A DNA stretch of 64,000 nucleotides from Basidiobolus meristosporus CBS 931.73 (taxonomy: Eukaryota > Fungi > Basidiobolomycota), in assembly GCA_002104905.1 (NCBI GenBank), contig MCFE01000363.1, forward strand, positions 1 through 64,000, written 5' to 3'. Positions 34,199 to 47,357 of this stretch are shown here, piece by piece. The stretch's first letter is position 1; each line of letters opens with the position of its first letter. A program made the position numbers and the translations under genes. Below the pieces are notes generated by a model. It worked only from the letters and a program-made list of their open reading frames with translations, was not told the DNA's origin and made no database searches.

Positions 34199-36435
34199 CG
34201 TAAGAAATGAAGTGATTAGTTTCCTCAACGAACAGGATCGGTATTTATGCAAACCCTCGCAGTGGTGAAAATTCTCAACGGTCCATATTAGTCGTTATTC
34301 TTGAATTATTGCCAGGATTAGTATTGATGACACGACTGTGATTCAGGTTCAATGCAACGCAAACATGATTGGCTTGATATGGAAAAAGGTTAATATTTCC
34401 CTTATATTAATATTTCTCTGTAAGATTAGAATACTGAGTTAATTGGTCTTTCCCCAAGTTCGCAGATATCGCAATATTAGCATTCATCCGCAGCTTGTAT
34501 TCGAAAGTGCTGCAAATAGTAACCAATATACAGGATTTTCATTATTAATTTTGATATAGAGCCTAGATGGCTACTACAAGCCTTTATTACGTACGAGCAG
34601 CTCATCTACCCTTGCTGCGAGCTGAAGCGACTGAAACTTCGATTCCAACTGCTTTTTCCAGTATCATCTCTGAGAATTCGTTGGAACAATATGTCATCTC
34701 ATGACAAAGCCATCGCTCGCATGAAGATTCCCCATCTCGCTTTCCGGGTTGGTGTGATTGGTATTGAAGAGCATTGTTCTTGTATGAAGTGAGGTGAAAT
34801 TGTCGCATACGGCAAAAAGGAGTTATTTACCTCAGATATATACTGCAAGTATATTGGATTTATTGAACGGGCAACCAGGCTCTAAGATACAGCGGCAATA
34901 CAATCAACATATTTGTTCAGACAAGTATCATCGGTGTCCCTTGGAACCCTATTATGGTAATCTCATTTTCAATCTGGTCAACTGGTGAATGCCTGAAATG
35001 GGATATCTTTGAATTTCAGGTATCTGAACTTTTAAGGAGATTATTTACATTTGATCTAGTGATTGGAGTTAGGTTGCATGATCGTATTTTTGATGGGATT
35101 TCATCTACTGTCCTTGAGTTGAGTTCGAGTTGCTACACAATGCCCATTTAATAGGTAGGCATTGTTCTTAGACCACTGTTGTAGGGACTTTTCACTCGAG
35201 TGAATCACGCCTGGAACCCTGCCAAACTGTGGTCAGAGTCTTCATAAGCTCATCAACAATAGTTTGACGCAGATTTCCTACCGATTTGCAAGACATTGCA
35301 AACTGACCAGAAACCCCATCACCCAGAGGCCATCATTTTCCATGAATCGTAGATTAGAGATCCTTGGCATGTTGACTCACGATTCCCTGGTTACTAAAAA
35401 TACCTCGCATATCAAAACAATAGATAAGCAATAAGGTTTTACGATATGGAGCTGCTAGATTGATGAAGATGAGCCTGATTTCTCCGGCAAAAACGGCGGA
35501 TTTCGCAAAAACGGACTCCGGAAGGTTTGGGTTGCGTCGATGAGTGCTACAAGCTAGCCAATAGCTTATTAACGTCGCACAGGTGTACCCAGCACGTACA
35601 CTCTGGTGGTCACCAGCAGCCACCTGATTGGCCAGCTCTGACGCACTCATGTATAAGGAAATCAGAATTCTAGTACGGAAAAATGGGTGGGATTTTGCGG
35701 CAGAGTTTGTAGAGGGCAAGGAAAAACTGCTCCGGACTTCCTTCACCTCGCTTTCGGCTATGCTTAAACAGGTAGTAATATCATAAGTGGTAACTCTAAT
35801 GGTTTCAGTTGCTCTTCAGTCTTATGACGGTGCTAAGCAGCTCCAGGTTCAATGGTCTGAATGCAAGGACACATTAAGGTTTAAATTGGCAATATCAAGT
35901 AAAAATTAGGTTGCATTCCATATCTCGGAGCTTTTGGCTAGTTTAGTGATGGGATATGGAGTAAGAGACCATTTCTGCATATTGATGTTGGGGGCTAATC
36001 CTTATTGCCCCAGGCATATTCCGCAATCTGTACTGCCAGATACCAAATAATCCCACAGGCGGCATTAGTTGCAGTGACGAGGTAAAACTAGAATTGGTAG
36101 CAGGAAGGTCGAAGTACGCTGTGACGTTTATTTCTTGGAAGCGCCAACTTCTAGGATATTCAAGAAACAAAGCCAGTTTCGCGGTGATTTCACCAAAAAC
36201 ATGCGCGGTAAACAGTAGGTATGTTGCGTGTTATCTCTTTAATTAGTATATATGCCCATTTTAGAAGGTCAGGATTGGCAAGGTTAAAACTATTATAACT
36301 AGAGTAAGATAGAAGGCAATACGAGATATGATTGAGATCATGTATAAATTAATCAACATGATTGGCACAGCCAGTTTAATTTACAAATTGACCAACGTCC
36401 GTGCGAGTAATGATACCATTCATTGTCTCCGAGGT

Positions 36436-37459
36436 TCAAGGTCGGCTGTTAGTTTCTTTTGATTTTTTCACTGTGCTCGAATCTTGTCCCAACTGACAGT
36501 ATCATCTTACGGAACCAGAACACGTTCAAAATGTTCAGGGAGCCCAAGGCTAGTGCGAACGCAATCGTGAGAACCAGAGGGACTTGATTAAGGATAGGTG
36601 TGACAGTAACTGTACGGTATGGTTAGAAGGTGATGGAACAGGTTATGTGGGCTTTCTACTTACCAATCAACTCGTACATCGACCAAAAGCCCCAGACCAG
36701 ACGAGCACAGAAAAACACCGTAATAAGAATTACGCCGTTGATCATTTGTAGCATGCTTCCAGTGTATCCAAGCTTATCCTAATGGTCAGGTTAGCATGGG
36801 ATACAAAATTCAAGTATGATGACAACAAACCATAAACCAGTGGAAATTCAAGAACGGGGTGCTCAGCTCAAACATCAGGAACACGCACCCGAAATACATC
36901 AAGAACGGTCTCTGTAATAATTCGTGAGTTAATCTAGTCAATGTAGAGTAGAATGCACTTTAGCTTACGTAGGAGTTAATCCCAAGGCAGAAACACGCTA
37001 TTCCGTGAACTGCAAAGCCAACTCCGAATTCCTTCAGGTGTAAAATATGGAATATGGAATCCCAAAGGAAATAACTAACCATCACTTTGCTTAGTAAGAG
37101 TCATCAAGGTATATAGCTAAAGGGACTTACCCAGAGGCAATGGCGTACACTTCCCCAGTTCTTCCGCTATAACCATATACCTTGTCCTGCACTAATTCCG
37201 GTTCCCAATGTAACGGGAAAGCCAGAACGCAAATGACAAGGCAATGCACCAGTGAAACAACATGAACATCCCAACTTAGACGCTTTACACTCTTCAAACC
37301 CCCATAGGCCTTAGGAAATAGGAGTGGTGATATCATACGTGAAGCATATATAATGAATTGACAGGTCAGTGTGGACAACACCAGAGTCGGCCAATGGTGA
37401 GCCAATTTAGACAATCCGAACTGATTAAAGAATTCTTCAGAAGCCCAAGGGTACTTCAT
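36436..37459 (-). CDS. TLC (TRAM/LAG1/CLN8) domain membrane protein, TMEM56/TDA4-like, multi-exon
   Basis: First exon ..WDVHVVSLVH..AIASG. Later exons give FAVHGIACF, FLMFELSTPFLNFHW, DKLGYTGS..QMINGVIL..FF.ARL..G, ending ..KETNSRP*. GT-AG introns. Confidence 0.85.
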
Positions 37460-38509
37460 TGCGGTCTATGGTAATTGGGTATTGAGTTAGACGGCTTCTG
37501 GTGAAAGTAGATATGGTTAAAACAAAGAGGGGCTGACCTGGGTTGATTAGTTATGTGCACAAGCCGATTCACACGAGGCCATCGTTACCCTCCTACCTGG
37601 TAAAACATTTCAGCGACTTTTTTCTCCTGCACATTCACTCGGGGTTGTTTTTCAGCTGCAAAAGGAAAGTAATGAGCCCTGTTTTGGCTAAATCATTCAG
37701 CATCTTTGTTGGTCTGCAGCTATGAGAATTCCTAACTGTGATTTGGGCTTCTATGATCAAGTCTGATTAACGTAAATCGACCTAAAATGAGCATTGGCGC
37801 ATTCTTAATTGATCTGGTTGGGTACTGGCCCGGGGGCTGCGATTTGGTTAATGAGATACCAAGGCAACCCCTCACGAATTATTGGAGCTTGGCTATTGAG
37901 AATCTGTTCAACAAGGAATGAGGCCAAGTCACATGCCCATTGGTTGATTTCAGGCAAAACCAGGAGAAAAGAGCCTCCGTATATCACGTGGTTAGGATGG
38001 CGCATGAGTGCGCAGCGAAATCTGTGCCTGTTTCCAAAGTTCAGGTAACCACGGGCGTAGATAGTCACGGTGTTGTGGGAATGTACTCACCAGAGATGAT
38101 CGTACTACACGTCTATTCAGCGGTGTTACGTATCATATGTGTCTGGCCAGTCACACATTTCATCTGGTGTGTATCATGGGGCTGTGCTCCCCGAGGGGGT
38201 TACAGTCAGATTCATGTTGAAGTCTGCGGTGATGAGACATATTCATCATTAAGGGTGGGAGCAGCGGAACATTGGCTCATCCGTGGTGGTCCCTTTACTG
38301 AGAAAATTCGTAACCGAGATTGCTACAAGTGGTTGGATATCAGAATACTGTCGATGATGGTGTGAAATAGTGATGAAATTAATAATAATACGTGGTGCAC
38401 ATCATTCAATGAGAAGTCAAGTTTATTTTGAGGGATTCACAGTTTTGAGAATTACTTTTGATCAGCTGGTATAGTGCTTCAGCACCAACCGCTAACCAGT
38501 GAGCCGATC

Positions 38510-41500
38510 CTACAGACCATTCCTTCTTCTTCTGAAGCAACTTGGCTTCTTGGGCGCCCTCTTTTCAATCGCATCAAATGTGATCCCAGACGTTTGAGTT
38601 CTTAGCTTGTACTGCATTCGTTTTCGGATGGCGAATTTGATGGTTTCGTTTATCACAAACAAAACCACCAAGGTGATCAAAATTTTGGCCCAACCGAAGG
38701 CGGGTACAGGGGTAAGGTCAAGCCATCTGGCTATCACCGGGACATAGATCCCGATAAGCATGCACGACATGGAGAAGATATATGCACCGATCATGTATCT
38801 GTTGCTTAGTATTCCAACCTTGAAGATCGAGATGTACACTGATCTCGAGAAGAAAGAATGTGTTAGCTGTAGTGTAGTTAGGCACGTGAATGCTAAGGAT
38901 CGTGCATCCGCGTTGGATATGCCTTCAACACGAAGAGCGATCAGGTAGACGCCCAAGGTGAGACTGGCCATGACTAACGCCTCTACGAAAATAACAGTTG
39001 AGGTAACCCAGGTGAGAATTCCTTCGTCAGGGTTACGAGGAGGTCTTGTCATCAGATCGATCTCCGGCGGTTCCATACCAAGTGACATTGCTGGAGGAAT
39101 ATCGGCAATGATATTGGCCCAGAGAATCATCATGATTGTAAATGGCATTTCGTCCATGTTGATGATGGCAGCCATCAACATCAAGAAGATCTCAGCAGCA
39201 TTACAGCTCAGCAAGTATACGATGAACTTCAGTATATTGTCGAAAACACGCCTTCCTTCCTCGACTGCAGCCACAATCGTGGAAAAGTCGTCATTGGCAA
39301 GAACGATGTCCGCGGCTTGCTTGGTAATCTCCGTACCTCCCAGCCCCATGGCTACACCAACATTGGCAGCCTTGATTGCGGGAGCGTCGTTTACACCGTC
39401 CCCGGTCATGGCAACGCATTGTCCACGGCTTTGCAGCGCTTTGACAATTTTCAACTTGTTATCAGGACTAACTCTGGCAAACACGTTGGGAAATGGTTTA
39501 AGGTCGGCGATTGCTTCATCTGACAACAGGTCCAACTCAACACCACGAATAGCGCGACTCATGTGTGGAACATTAGGCTCGATGATTCCTAGATCGGTGG
39601 CAATAGAGACTGCAGTGGAAATATGATCTCCGGTAATCATGACCACTCTAATCCCGGCTTCCTTGCATTTTTTGATCGACTCCTCTACTGACGCACGTGG
39701 AGGATCAATTAGTCCAATTAGTCCAACAAACGTCAAATCTGACTCGACATCCTGCTGATCTACTGGCTTGCTTTCGGAGGGGGTGTCCATCGGGACATAC
39801 TTGAATGCAAGGCCCAAAACTCTTAATCCCCGGGACGCCATCTTCGAGCTCTCTTCTGAGAAGAGGTCACCATACTCATCGGTTAACGGGGAGCTACTGC
39901 TGGGAAGCGACTCGAGGAAGCTGAACGGTTTGTTGGTCAAATCCACATTGTCGGTGGGCAAAAAGGAATTACATTTGGACAAAACTTCCTCCGAAGCACC
40001 CTTGACAAGGACCAGTTTTTTGTTTGCGGTGGATTCGGAATCAGGCGCCGCATTGAATGAGCAAATGGTACTCATCAGCTTTCTGTCGCTATCAAATGGA
40101 ATTTCCCATAGTTTCTTGACTCCGAACTCATCTTGGCAACGGGCTTTCGTGATGCCAACCTTCTGTGCTGCAACTACTAGGGCAACTTCGGTTGAGTCAC
40201 CAATGCCTACCCATTCGTTTTCAAATGTGATGTTTGCGTTATTACAAGTTGACGAGATGATAAGCGACATGAATAGATCGCGTGGCAGGTTGCTACTAGT
40301 GGATGCAAACTCTTGCGTCACAGTCGTGGACTCGGCTTTCTCTGAAACAGAATCAAACATGACCTTCCCTTCGTTGGGGTTCAGGCTTGTAGAGTGAGTG
40401 AATACGAATCGATTGCTAGCTCCGGTCCATACTTCGCTGGCGCCCATTTTTCCTTCGGTAAGGGTGCCAGTCTTGTCAGAGCAGATGACTGTGACACTCC
40501 CCAGTGTTTCCACTGCAGGTAATCTTCGAACAATGGCATTTCGGTTGGCCATTCGGCGAACGGCAAGAGCCATAGTTACTGTGACTACTGCTACCAAGCC
40601 TTCAGGGATGACTGAGACCGCTAAACTCATGCCAAGCTTCAATCGCTCAATAGGGTCACGCTTCCATAGAACGCCAATCACCACGAACAAGGCACACAAC
40701 AGGATTGCTACCACAACAAGCCATTTTCCCAGACGGGACAGCTTACGCTGAATCGGTGTTCTGCTTTTGGTTGCCCCGGTAATAGCTGAGCTGATCTTGC
40801 CAACCTCCGTTTGACTGCCGGTACGAACAACGAGGCCCTTTCCACGCCCCCTAGCAACAGTAGTGGCCATGAATGCATTTCCCTTGCAGTCACCCAAAGG
40901 CATTTTACGAGTACGGGAGCGAATTCGGTCGACATTCTTCTGGACCGCGATGCTCTCACCGGTTAGGATACTCTCGATCACCTCCAGCTGAGACACTTCC
41001 ACTAGACGCAGATCCGCAGGTACAGCTTCGCCTTCCTCGAGTATAACAATATCTCCGGGTACTAGCTCTGTAGCGTCAATGATTTGCTGATTTCCGTCGC
41101 GAACGACCTGGGCTTTGGGGACAGTTAAGCTTGTGAGTGCTTCAAGGGCTTTACTTGCTTTGTACTCTTGGGTAAACCCAATGATGGTGTTCAGCGCGAT
41201 AACGACCAATAGAACGATTGTAGCCTTGAAGTCCCCTTCAACACCAACCACGATAGCCGCCATCAGGAGGATGATGATCATGAAGTCTGTGAGTTGCGTA
41301 AACAGCATCTTCCAAACCGAGGGTTTCGGAGGGCGAGGCAATTCGTTTTTCCCGTAATGCTCGAGTAGCGGGGGTATGTCCTTTTGGCCTAATCCGTTTT
41401 CTATGGAGGTGCGGAACATGCTCTCCAATCGCTTTCCATCACGATCGAAATAGAGGCCAGAGGGTGGCATCAAGATGCAATTGTGCTCCGGCATTTTTGG

Positions 41501-42064
41501 GTGCTGCATGTTATTACCCAAAGATTCCAACAACTTGGCTGCTTCCCGATGATGCGAAGAGCGCACAAGGTCTCTCCAGTCATCGAACTGGGGGAAGATT
41601 GTGGTCAGCAGACCTATCATCGCGACTGCTGCATGCTTCTGTTCTTCAGTAGCTGAATCACGAACTCGACGATACAACACCAGACTGTGTTGGAGATCGG
41701 TGACGGATTTCTCGCCAACAGCTAGGCGGAAATCGTGGATTTCTTGCAAGAACTCACCAAATAACGCGAACGCCATATCCGCCTCTTTGGTCAATCTTGG
41801 CTTGAATCTGCCTTCGCACTGCCCGACGTAGAGCAGCAGGCCATCGGCAAGACGGCGCATCAATGGCAATTCCAGGTGTGGCTGGAGACCGTCTTTAATA
41901 CGGTAGTCCATTACGTAGCGTAGGCCGATTAAGACATCTTCAAGGCTTAATTCGGGGTTTTCGAGTTGATCGAAAAGATCGATTACATGAATGTCAATTT
42001 GATGTTCAATTGAAGCTAGCCCATCTCGGTAAGAATGCGATTCAAAGATATGGTCTTTGGTCAT
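38510..42064 (-). CDS. P-type II cation-transporting ATPase (Ca2+/Na+ type; subclass not resolved)
   Basis: Uninterrupted 1184-aa ORF with LTGES, IPEGL, DKTGTLT phosphorylation site, MITGD and TGDGVNDAP. Confidence 0.95.
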   Translation of the reverse strand: MTKDHIFESHSYRDGLASIEHQIDIHVIDLFDQLENPELSLEDVLIGLRYVMDYRIKDGLQPHLELPLMRRLADGLLLYVGQCEGRFKPRLTKEADMAFALFGEFLQEIHDFRLAVGEKSVTDLQHSLVLYRRVRDSATEEQKHAAVAMIGLLTTIFPQFDDWRDLVRSSHHREAAKLLESLGNNMQHPKMPEHNCILMPPSGLYFDRDGKRLESMFRTSIENGLGQKDIPPLLEHYGKNELPRPPKPSVWKMLFTQLTDFMIIILLMAAIVVGVEGDFKATIVLLVVIALNTIIGFTQEYKASKALEALTSLTVPKAQVVRDGNQQIIDATELVPGDIVILEEGEAVPADLRLVEVSQLEVIESILTGESIAVQKNVDRIRSRTRKMPLGDCKGNAFMATTVARGRGKGLVVRTGSQTEVGKISSAITGATKSRTPIQRKLSRLGKWLVVVAILLCALFVVIGVLWKRDPIERLKLGMSLAVSVIPEGLVAVVTVTMALAVRRMANRNAIVRRLPAVETLGSVTVICSDKTGTLTEGKMGASEVWTGASNRFVFTHSTSLNPNEGKVMFDSVSEKAESTTVTQEFASTSSNLPRDLFMSLIISSTCNNANITFENEWVGIGDSTEVALVVAAQKVGITKARCQDEFGVKKLWEIPFDSDRKLMSTICSFNAAPDSESTANKKLVLVKGASEEVLSKCNSFLPTDNVDLTNKPFSFLESLPSSSSPLTDEYGDLFSEESSKMASRGLRVLGLAFKYVPMDTPSESKPVDQQDVESDLTFVGLIGLIDPPRASVEESIKKCKEAGIRVVMITGDHISTAVSIATDLGIIEPNVPHMSRAIRGVELDLLSDEAIADLKPFPNVFARVSPDNKLKIVKALQSRGQCVAMTGDGVNDAPAIKAANVGVAMGLGGTEITKQAADIVLANDDFSTIVAAVEEGRRVFDNILKFIVYLLSCNAAEIFLMLMAAIINMDEMPFTIMMILWANIIADIPPAMSLGMEPPEIDLMTRPPRNPDEGILTWVTSTVIFVEALVMASLTLGVYLIALRVEGISNADARSLAFTCLTTLQLTHSFFSRSVYISIFKVGILSNRYMIGAYIFSMSCMLIGIYVPVIARWLDLTPVPAFGWAKILITLVVLFVINETIKFAIRKRMQYKLRTQTSGITFDAIEKRAPKKPSCFRRRRNGL

Positions 42065-44832
42065 AAATAGAGGGATTGAGACTGCTTGTTACTTCTTCTA
42101 CTTGCTGGGAAAGTTGTGGGCTAAGTGAAGATGAACGTTGCTAAAAATCAAGAACCTTCGTTAGTATCCATGGCAGGTGGGAGTAGTCAGCGGAAGCAAA
42201 CAGTATCTTACATTCAAAGTTCAATGAAGTGAAAGTGTTGTGAGTGAGTACTCGAGATTGACAGTCTGCATTATTTATATAACTTACCCCGAGTTGCCAT
42301 TGTGACCTTGCATATTATGGAATTGGTAGGTTGTGCTACTCGGAATCCATCAATACCAATCAATATAATTTACTAATGGATGTGACTGGAAAGGTGCCAA
42401 TATGCCAATCCTTTTGGGGTGTACCCTTCACGCTAGAGGGTGACTAATGCACCCATCAAATGCCAATTAGATACCACCCTTCTTTTCCAGCAGATGAAAA
42501 TCTAAAACCCAGGCTCTATCAGCTTTAAGATAGCTGGAACCTAATTCGCCCCCTTATCCCTAATTAGGGAATAGATGTGTATCTCTCCCCCTGAACGTGT
42601 GCTTTATTCGTAACTATATGCTGATCCAACGTTTTCCCCATCCATGACAATATGGAATTGGCATTGCCATTTGAACGGGGGACGACCCATCATGGTTAGA
42701 TCGAGTGATAGCACAAACCCAACTCTGAATTCTAGTTGTCATTTCTATTCCGGCAAGTGGATTGCGTATTGGCGCATGAGTGCCAAGAATCATCCGATTG
42801 CATTATTCAAGGAAGCCTGAATCAAATCAATGTTTGTGCACATTCTAGAAGGACGAATGATGGCTAGGCAATTGCCAAGCGGTGCTACCGAAGTTGCGCA
42901 GCATGTCACGATGAAAGTGTATGGAATATCTGAGGGTCGATGGCTTGGCCAGCGTAGTCAGGTGCCCGTGTGGAAGCAAGCCAATTTCGTATCGCTGTGT
43001 TGTTTCGTGGATGTACCTCAGCTATGTTTCAAATCCCTCTGTCAAACAGATGCCGCCTGAGTGGATATTAATGGCAGTTAATTTAGGAATCATCGAGGTG
43101 AAAAGGAAAGGGGACGTGGATCAATGATAATTCAACATATAAAGTAAGGTTCAGTTGATTATGAATTTACCAGGACAAAGTGAGTCTATCCCTGTATGAT
43201 GACGACTGCGACGCTGTCATCTCGTTACTTGATGAGGAGCGACAATCAAACCAATTTCATGTTTCGAACTGTTGGAGCCTGCGCTGGCTCCAATCGCTGT
43301 GCATAAATCGCCACAGAAATGTGACAACTGGTTTTGATCTAGTTTGTATCAGGAATGGGGTTTTCATGTTCTATTATACAATATTGGCCAATAACATCCC
43401 CTTGTGAAACCCTCCATAAGATGAAAGCTTCGCTGGATATATGATGGCCCCGTCTAATAGTTCTTAGACTTGTGTCACGCGTGCCCGTAAGACAGATCAT
43501 CAATGATAATTGTAGCTTTGTTATATCATTTATGATTATATATCGCTGATGCTGTTGTAATATATCAAGCAAATAATCTCATGGTGGCTATGCTCTGCAG
43601 TTTTCCTGCCGTGTAGTTGCAAAGGAAAGCTTTATCTATCGCCTGACGAACAGAATTAGGCAGTGACCACCAAATCATGTTTCTCTAATCAGACTGTTTC
43701 GGCTGCTCCTTAAAATACTCGGAGATTTATGAGGTATTCGTGAAACGCAGTTTTACTCATTTCTGGCTCATCGTAGATGAATTCACAATTTAAGGTTGAG
43801 ATTCTGGAAAACCGATGCATGTTTTCCAGGGTCTTTCTTATTCAACGAACCCGAGCCTCTTGACTGATGAGGTGTAGGATATCCCAAACCTGTTTAGTTA
43901 TCAGATTATCCGTAGGAAATGGGAAAGTGATTGTTAGAATAGTTTATGACGATACTTTGAGCCAATGAGGTTGAGAATAGCGACACGGGATGCATCCAGA
44001 TTAGAACAGTAGTTTTTACGAGTACTTGCTGCTACATTAAAATGTATTCTGAATCAAGTACAAATTCATCATCATTATCATTATCATTGATACCTCGCTT
44101 TGGACCTGATCATGTTGTTACTGCTCTTTGTCTACGAACAACTAACAACGCCGCCTTTGCAAATCTCGGCACCACTTGTTAATGGCTTCGGTCTTGATAT
44201 TACCTCAGGGAGAAGCTATAGAAGATGTGGCGCAGTCCAGTCTTGTTTTCGATTAGCATTTTCTAATCTGTCCAATCCAGACCATATCAATATGTACTAT
44301 TTCGACAATGCTATTTCAATAATTATGGAAATGCATTTCCATTAGATGCAACATTCATATACACACATCAAATAGTTTCATAATCAACTTGGCAATGTAT
44401 GTGAGGTTGCCTTAGCAGTTGAGTACTCATTAGGTTGGTTGAAAACATTAGATTGAAATTAATCTTTCAATTGCTCGAGTAAGATCTTTTGTACAATGAC
44501 TCAGGCCAAAGGAGGCCAAGTATAGTATTTCTTGGTAAGAAATAGGTTTGGCGCTAAAGCGCTCATCAAAGTCTAAACATAATACCAAGCCACAGCAGAA
44601 CGATGGGAATTTAAGACAACGTATATTGTGTAGACTGTACACTGAGATCATTGAAGTCTGCTAAGAATGATGGCGATAAATGTATAGTGGTCTACAATTC
44701 TACGAAAATGTATAGGAAATCAAGATACTAAATGACACGTTGAGGAAAACTAGAGGCAACACTCAAGTATAGCAACAGATTAGGCAATAAACATCGAGTA
44801 TACTATTATACGAAAATCTCGGCAACTTTCCT

Positions 44833-47357
44833 TTACGATTTGGCATTGCGGAACGCAAGTAATGGTGCCAAACCACTTAGTGGACCAGCTCTCTTGAGGA
44901 AATCATGCTACAATGTTCACATAGAATACGTTAACTGAGAACATACCCATCAGAATTCATTAATTCAGAAACGTATTCTACCTGTAGTAACTCTGCTGAA
45001 TCAGCACGGCTTTTGACATCAACACATAGGCATTCTGCTAGAAAACTCTTCAACTCGCGACTCAAAATCTCTGGTTTCTTCAGAGTGGGCGTTCCGTTGG
45101 TAGCAATCAGGTAAAGTGCTTTCAAAGGCTCCTCATCAAGGTAGGGTGGCTCGTTTTCGATCATTTCAATAGCCATAATACCCAAGGACCAAATATCCAC
45201 TTTGGCACCATACTCCTTTTGTTTCACAACTTCCGGTGCCATCCAATATGGGGTACCAACCATTGTTGCTCTCTTATTCTTATGCTCAGTGAGTTTTGCG
45301 CAGAATCCGAAGTCAGCTGTTAGAATCCAGTTAGAATTGCATGTAGTGTTTACACAGTCTTACGAAATGCCACTGGGCATTGGCTTACTGATTTTAACAT
45401 GCCCTTCGGCGTCAAGCAATACGTTATCGCTCTTGATGTCGCGGTGAATGATATTTTGACTATGAAGATGGTGAAGCCCTCTACATGTCTATTGGATATC
45501 CGATTTAATTAACCAATCGATGCAAGGTTGTCTTAATTGTATACCTCGAGGCAAATGGTAGCAATGTGTGTCTCATTTAACGAGTTGTTGTCAATAACAT
45601 CGGTGAGGGCGCCACCCTCCATGAGCTCCATAATTACCCAAAGTTCCGAGGACTGGATCAGATAGCTGTCGAGAAAGTTCACGATATTTGGGTGCTGTGC
45701 TTCCTTCATTACCAAGATTTCGTTAACTATCAATTCTTTTCGGGGCTGGTGACCAAGATCCATCTGTTTAATTGCAACTCTTTGATTGGTGGTTAAAGAG
45801 CGTGCGACATAAACTGAACCAGATGCTCTGTAGCCATATTAATAAAAGACAAGCAATGACAACGATTAATGTGAACCCATACCCTTGACCGATTTTCTTA
45901 ATTTTGAGATAGAGATTAGTTGGGTCACCTCGAGAGACGATAGATTCTAAAAAAATGAATTAGTCTTGTTGGATTTCACTCCCTGAAGTACAGGTAAACA
46001 TACTCAGTTTCTCCATGATTTGCGGTTCGGTCATGGTGGACAATCTTTGATCTTTGAGTTTTGCTTTGGGTTTGACCACAACATCGGTTTGGACAATCCC
46101 TTGCTGCAATGGAGCGGGTTGTGGTGGTTGCTTGGTTGGAATTGGCTTCGCCGGGATTTGTTTCACTGGCACCTGTTTTGTAGGAATTTGCTTTGCAGGG
46201 ATCTGCTTGTTGGGTGGTTGCTTCACGGGAATCTGCTTAGTAGGTAGTTGCTTGGGTGGGATTTGCTTGATTGGCGGTTGTTTGGGTAATGTTGGCTGGC
46301 GATTTAACGGGATGTCAACCATATCATTTGGTGGGATCATTGGATGCCCAACCTTATGAGGTTTGAGTTGCTAAAAGAGAGGGCTGTCTTAGGTACATGG
46401 TTCTTCGAATGCATATCCGGGTTAAGCTTACCGAAGATGGTGGGGTAGGATATCCATTGACCTTGTGATTTGGTGAAGGTGGTGGCCGGTTTGGTGTTGG
46501 TAGTCTTCCATCCAACTAGTGATTTTTGTTATTTTAGTCACTAAATTTGGCAATGTATGTATATGTAGGTGCATTACTTGTGGAAGCAGCCCTGCCCATT
46601 TATCGGGTGGTGGTGGCATTGGATAAGTTTGACTGCTCTTTTGATTTTCAGTGTAGAACTCCAACACATCTAGCACTGCCTGAGGATTCTTTGAATAATC
46701 TTCTTTCGTGATAGCTGAAGAAGCTAATAGCCTTGTCCATGCATCCGGAAGTCCCTAGCAACATTGCCGCTTTAAACAGAGTTCTGCATTTCAAGTCCTA
46801 ATAAGTTAGACGCTACCGTAAATGCGCCTGTAACTGAATCAAAACCAACATGAAGTTTGTGCTGGAAGTTTGTGGGATTGGATACGGTCATCAATGGAGA
46901 ACACTGATTGATTGAATGTGGTCAGTAGAGTGATATGCCCTGGATTGACAAGGACCTTGACTATACCGAGTATATCGAGTCCATCCAAGAATACAATTCT
47001 TCATCATTCTTACAAGCAAGATAGTAAGTTTTTTCTTTGGTAACAATTTCGAAACTATAAGGCTTTAACTCGTTGCGGTTTAAGCCTTCAATTTCCTTCA
47101 TAAAAATAAGACCGAGGGGACTTGACGAAGTCTAAAAGGATCCAATAGGTATTCCATTAGCCATTCAACATTTAACAGAGTTGTGTGTAGTCGCGGTGCT
47201 AGGTATCTGAAAACTCATTTAAGCGTATTTGTACCTCATTTCTGTGAAATGTGAGTGATCTCTCACGAAGAACCATATATCTTTTCGACCAAATCCAGGC
47301 CCGCAATCCCTCTTCTTTGAGTGCAAGATAGCCTTTTTTTAGAGGAACCGTAGACAT
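44833..47357 (-). CDS. cla4: Cla4-like p21-activated kinase (PH + CRIB + Ser/Thr kinase), multi-exon
   Basis: [18 protein letters not shown] (PH); [15 protein letters not shown] (CRIB); [48 protein letters not shown]; last exon [11 protein letters not shown]. Confidence 0.92.
46126..46295 (-). repeat. In-frame 15-bp tandem repeat encoding (KQxPx)n in the PAK linker
   Basis: Translation [55 protein letters not shown]. Confidence 0.9.

Noticed and set aside
34600-36170. Possible gene from minus-strand ORFs 34602-34808, 35354-35746 and 35943-36170
   Set aside because: No recognisable domain and no consistent splice model; may be a decayed gene but unsupported.
37805-38365. Possible retroelement fragment between the TLC gene and the ATPase
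   Set aside because: Stop-interrupted frames with no convincing RT, protease or integrase motif.
30252-41831. Numerous plus-strand ORFs overlapping the ABC transporter and ATPase
   Set aside because: Antisense shadows of long coding sequences; no motifs.
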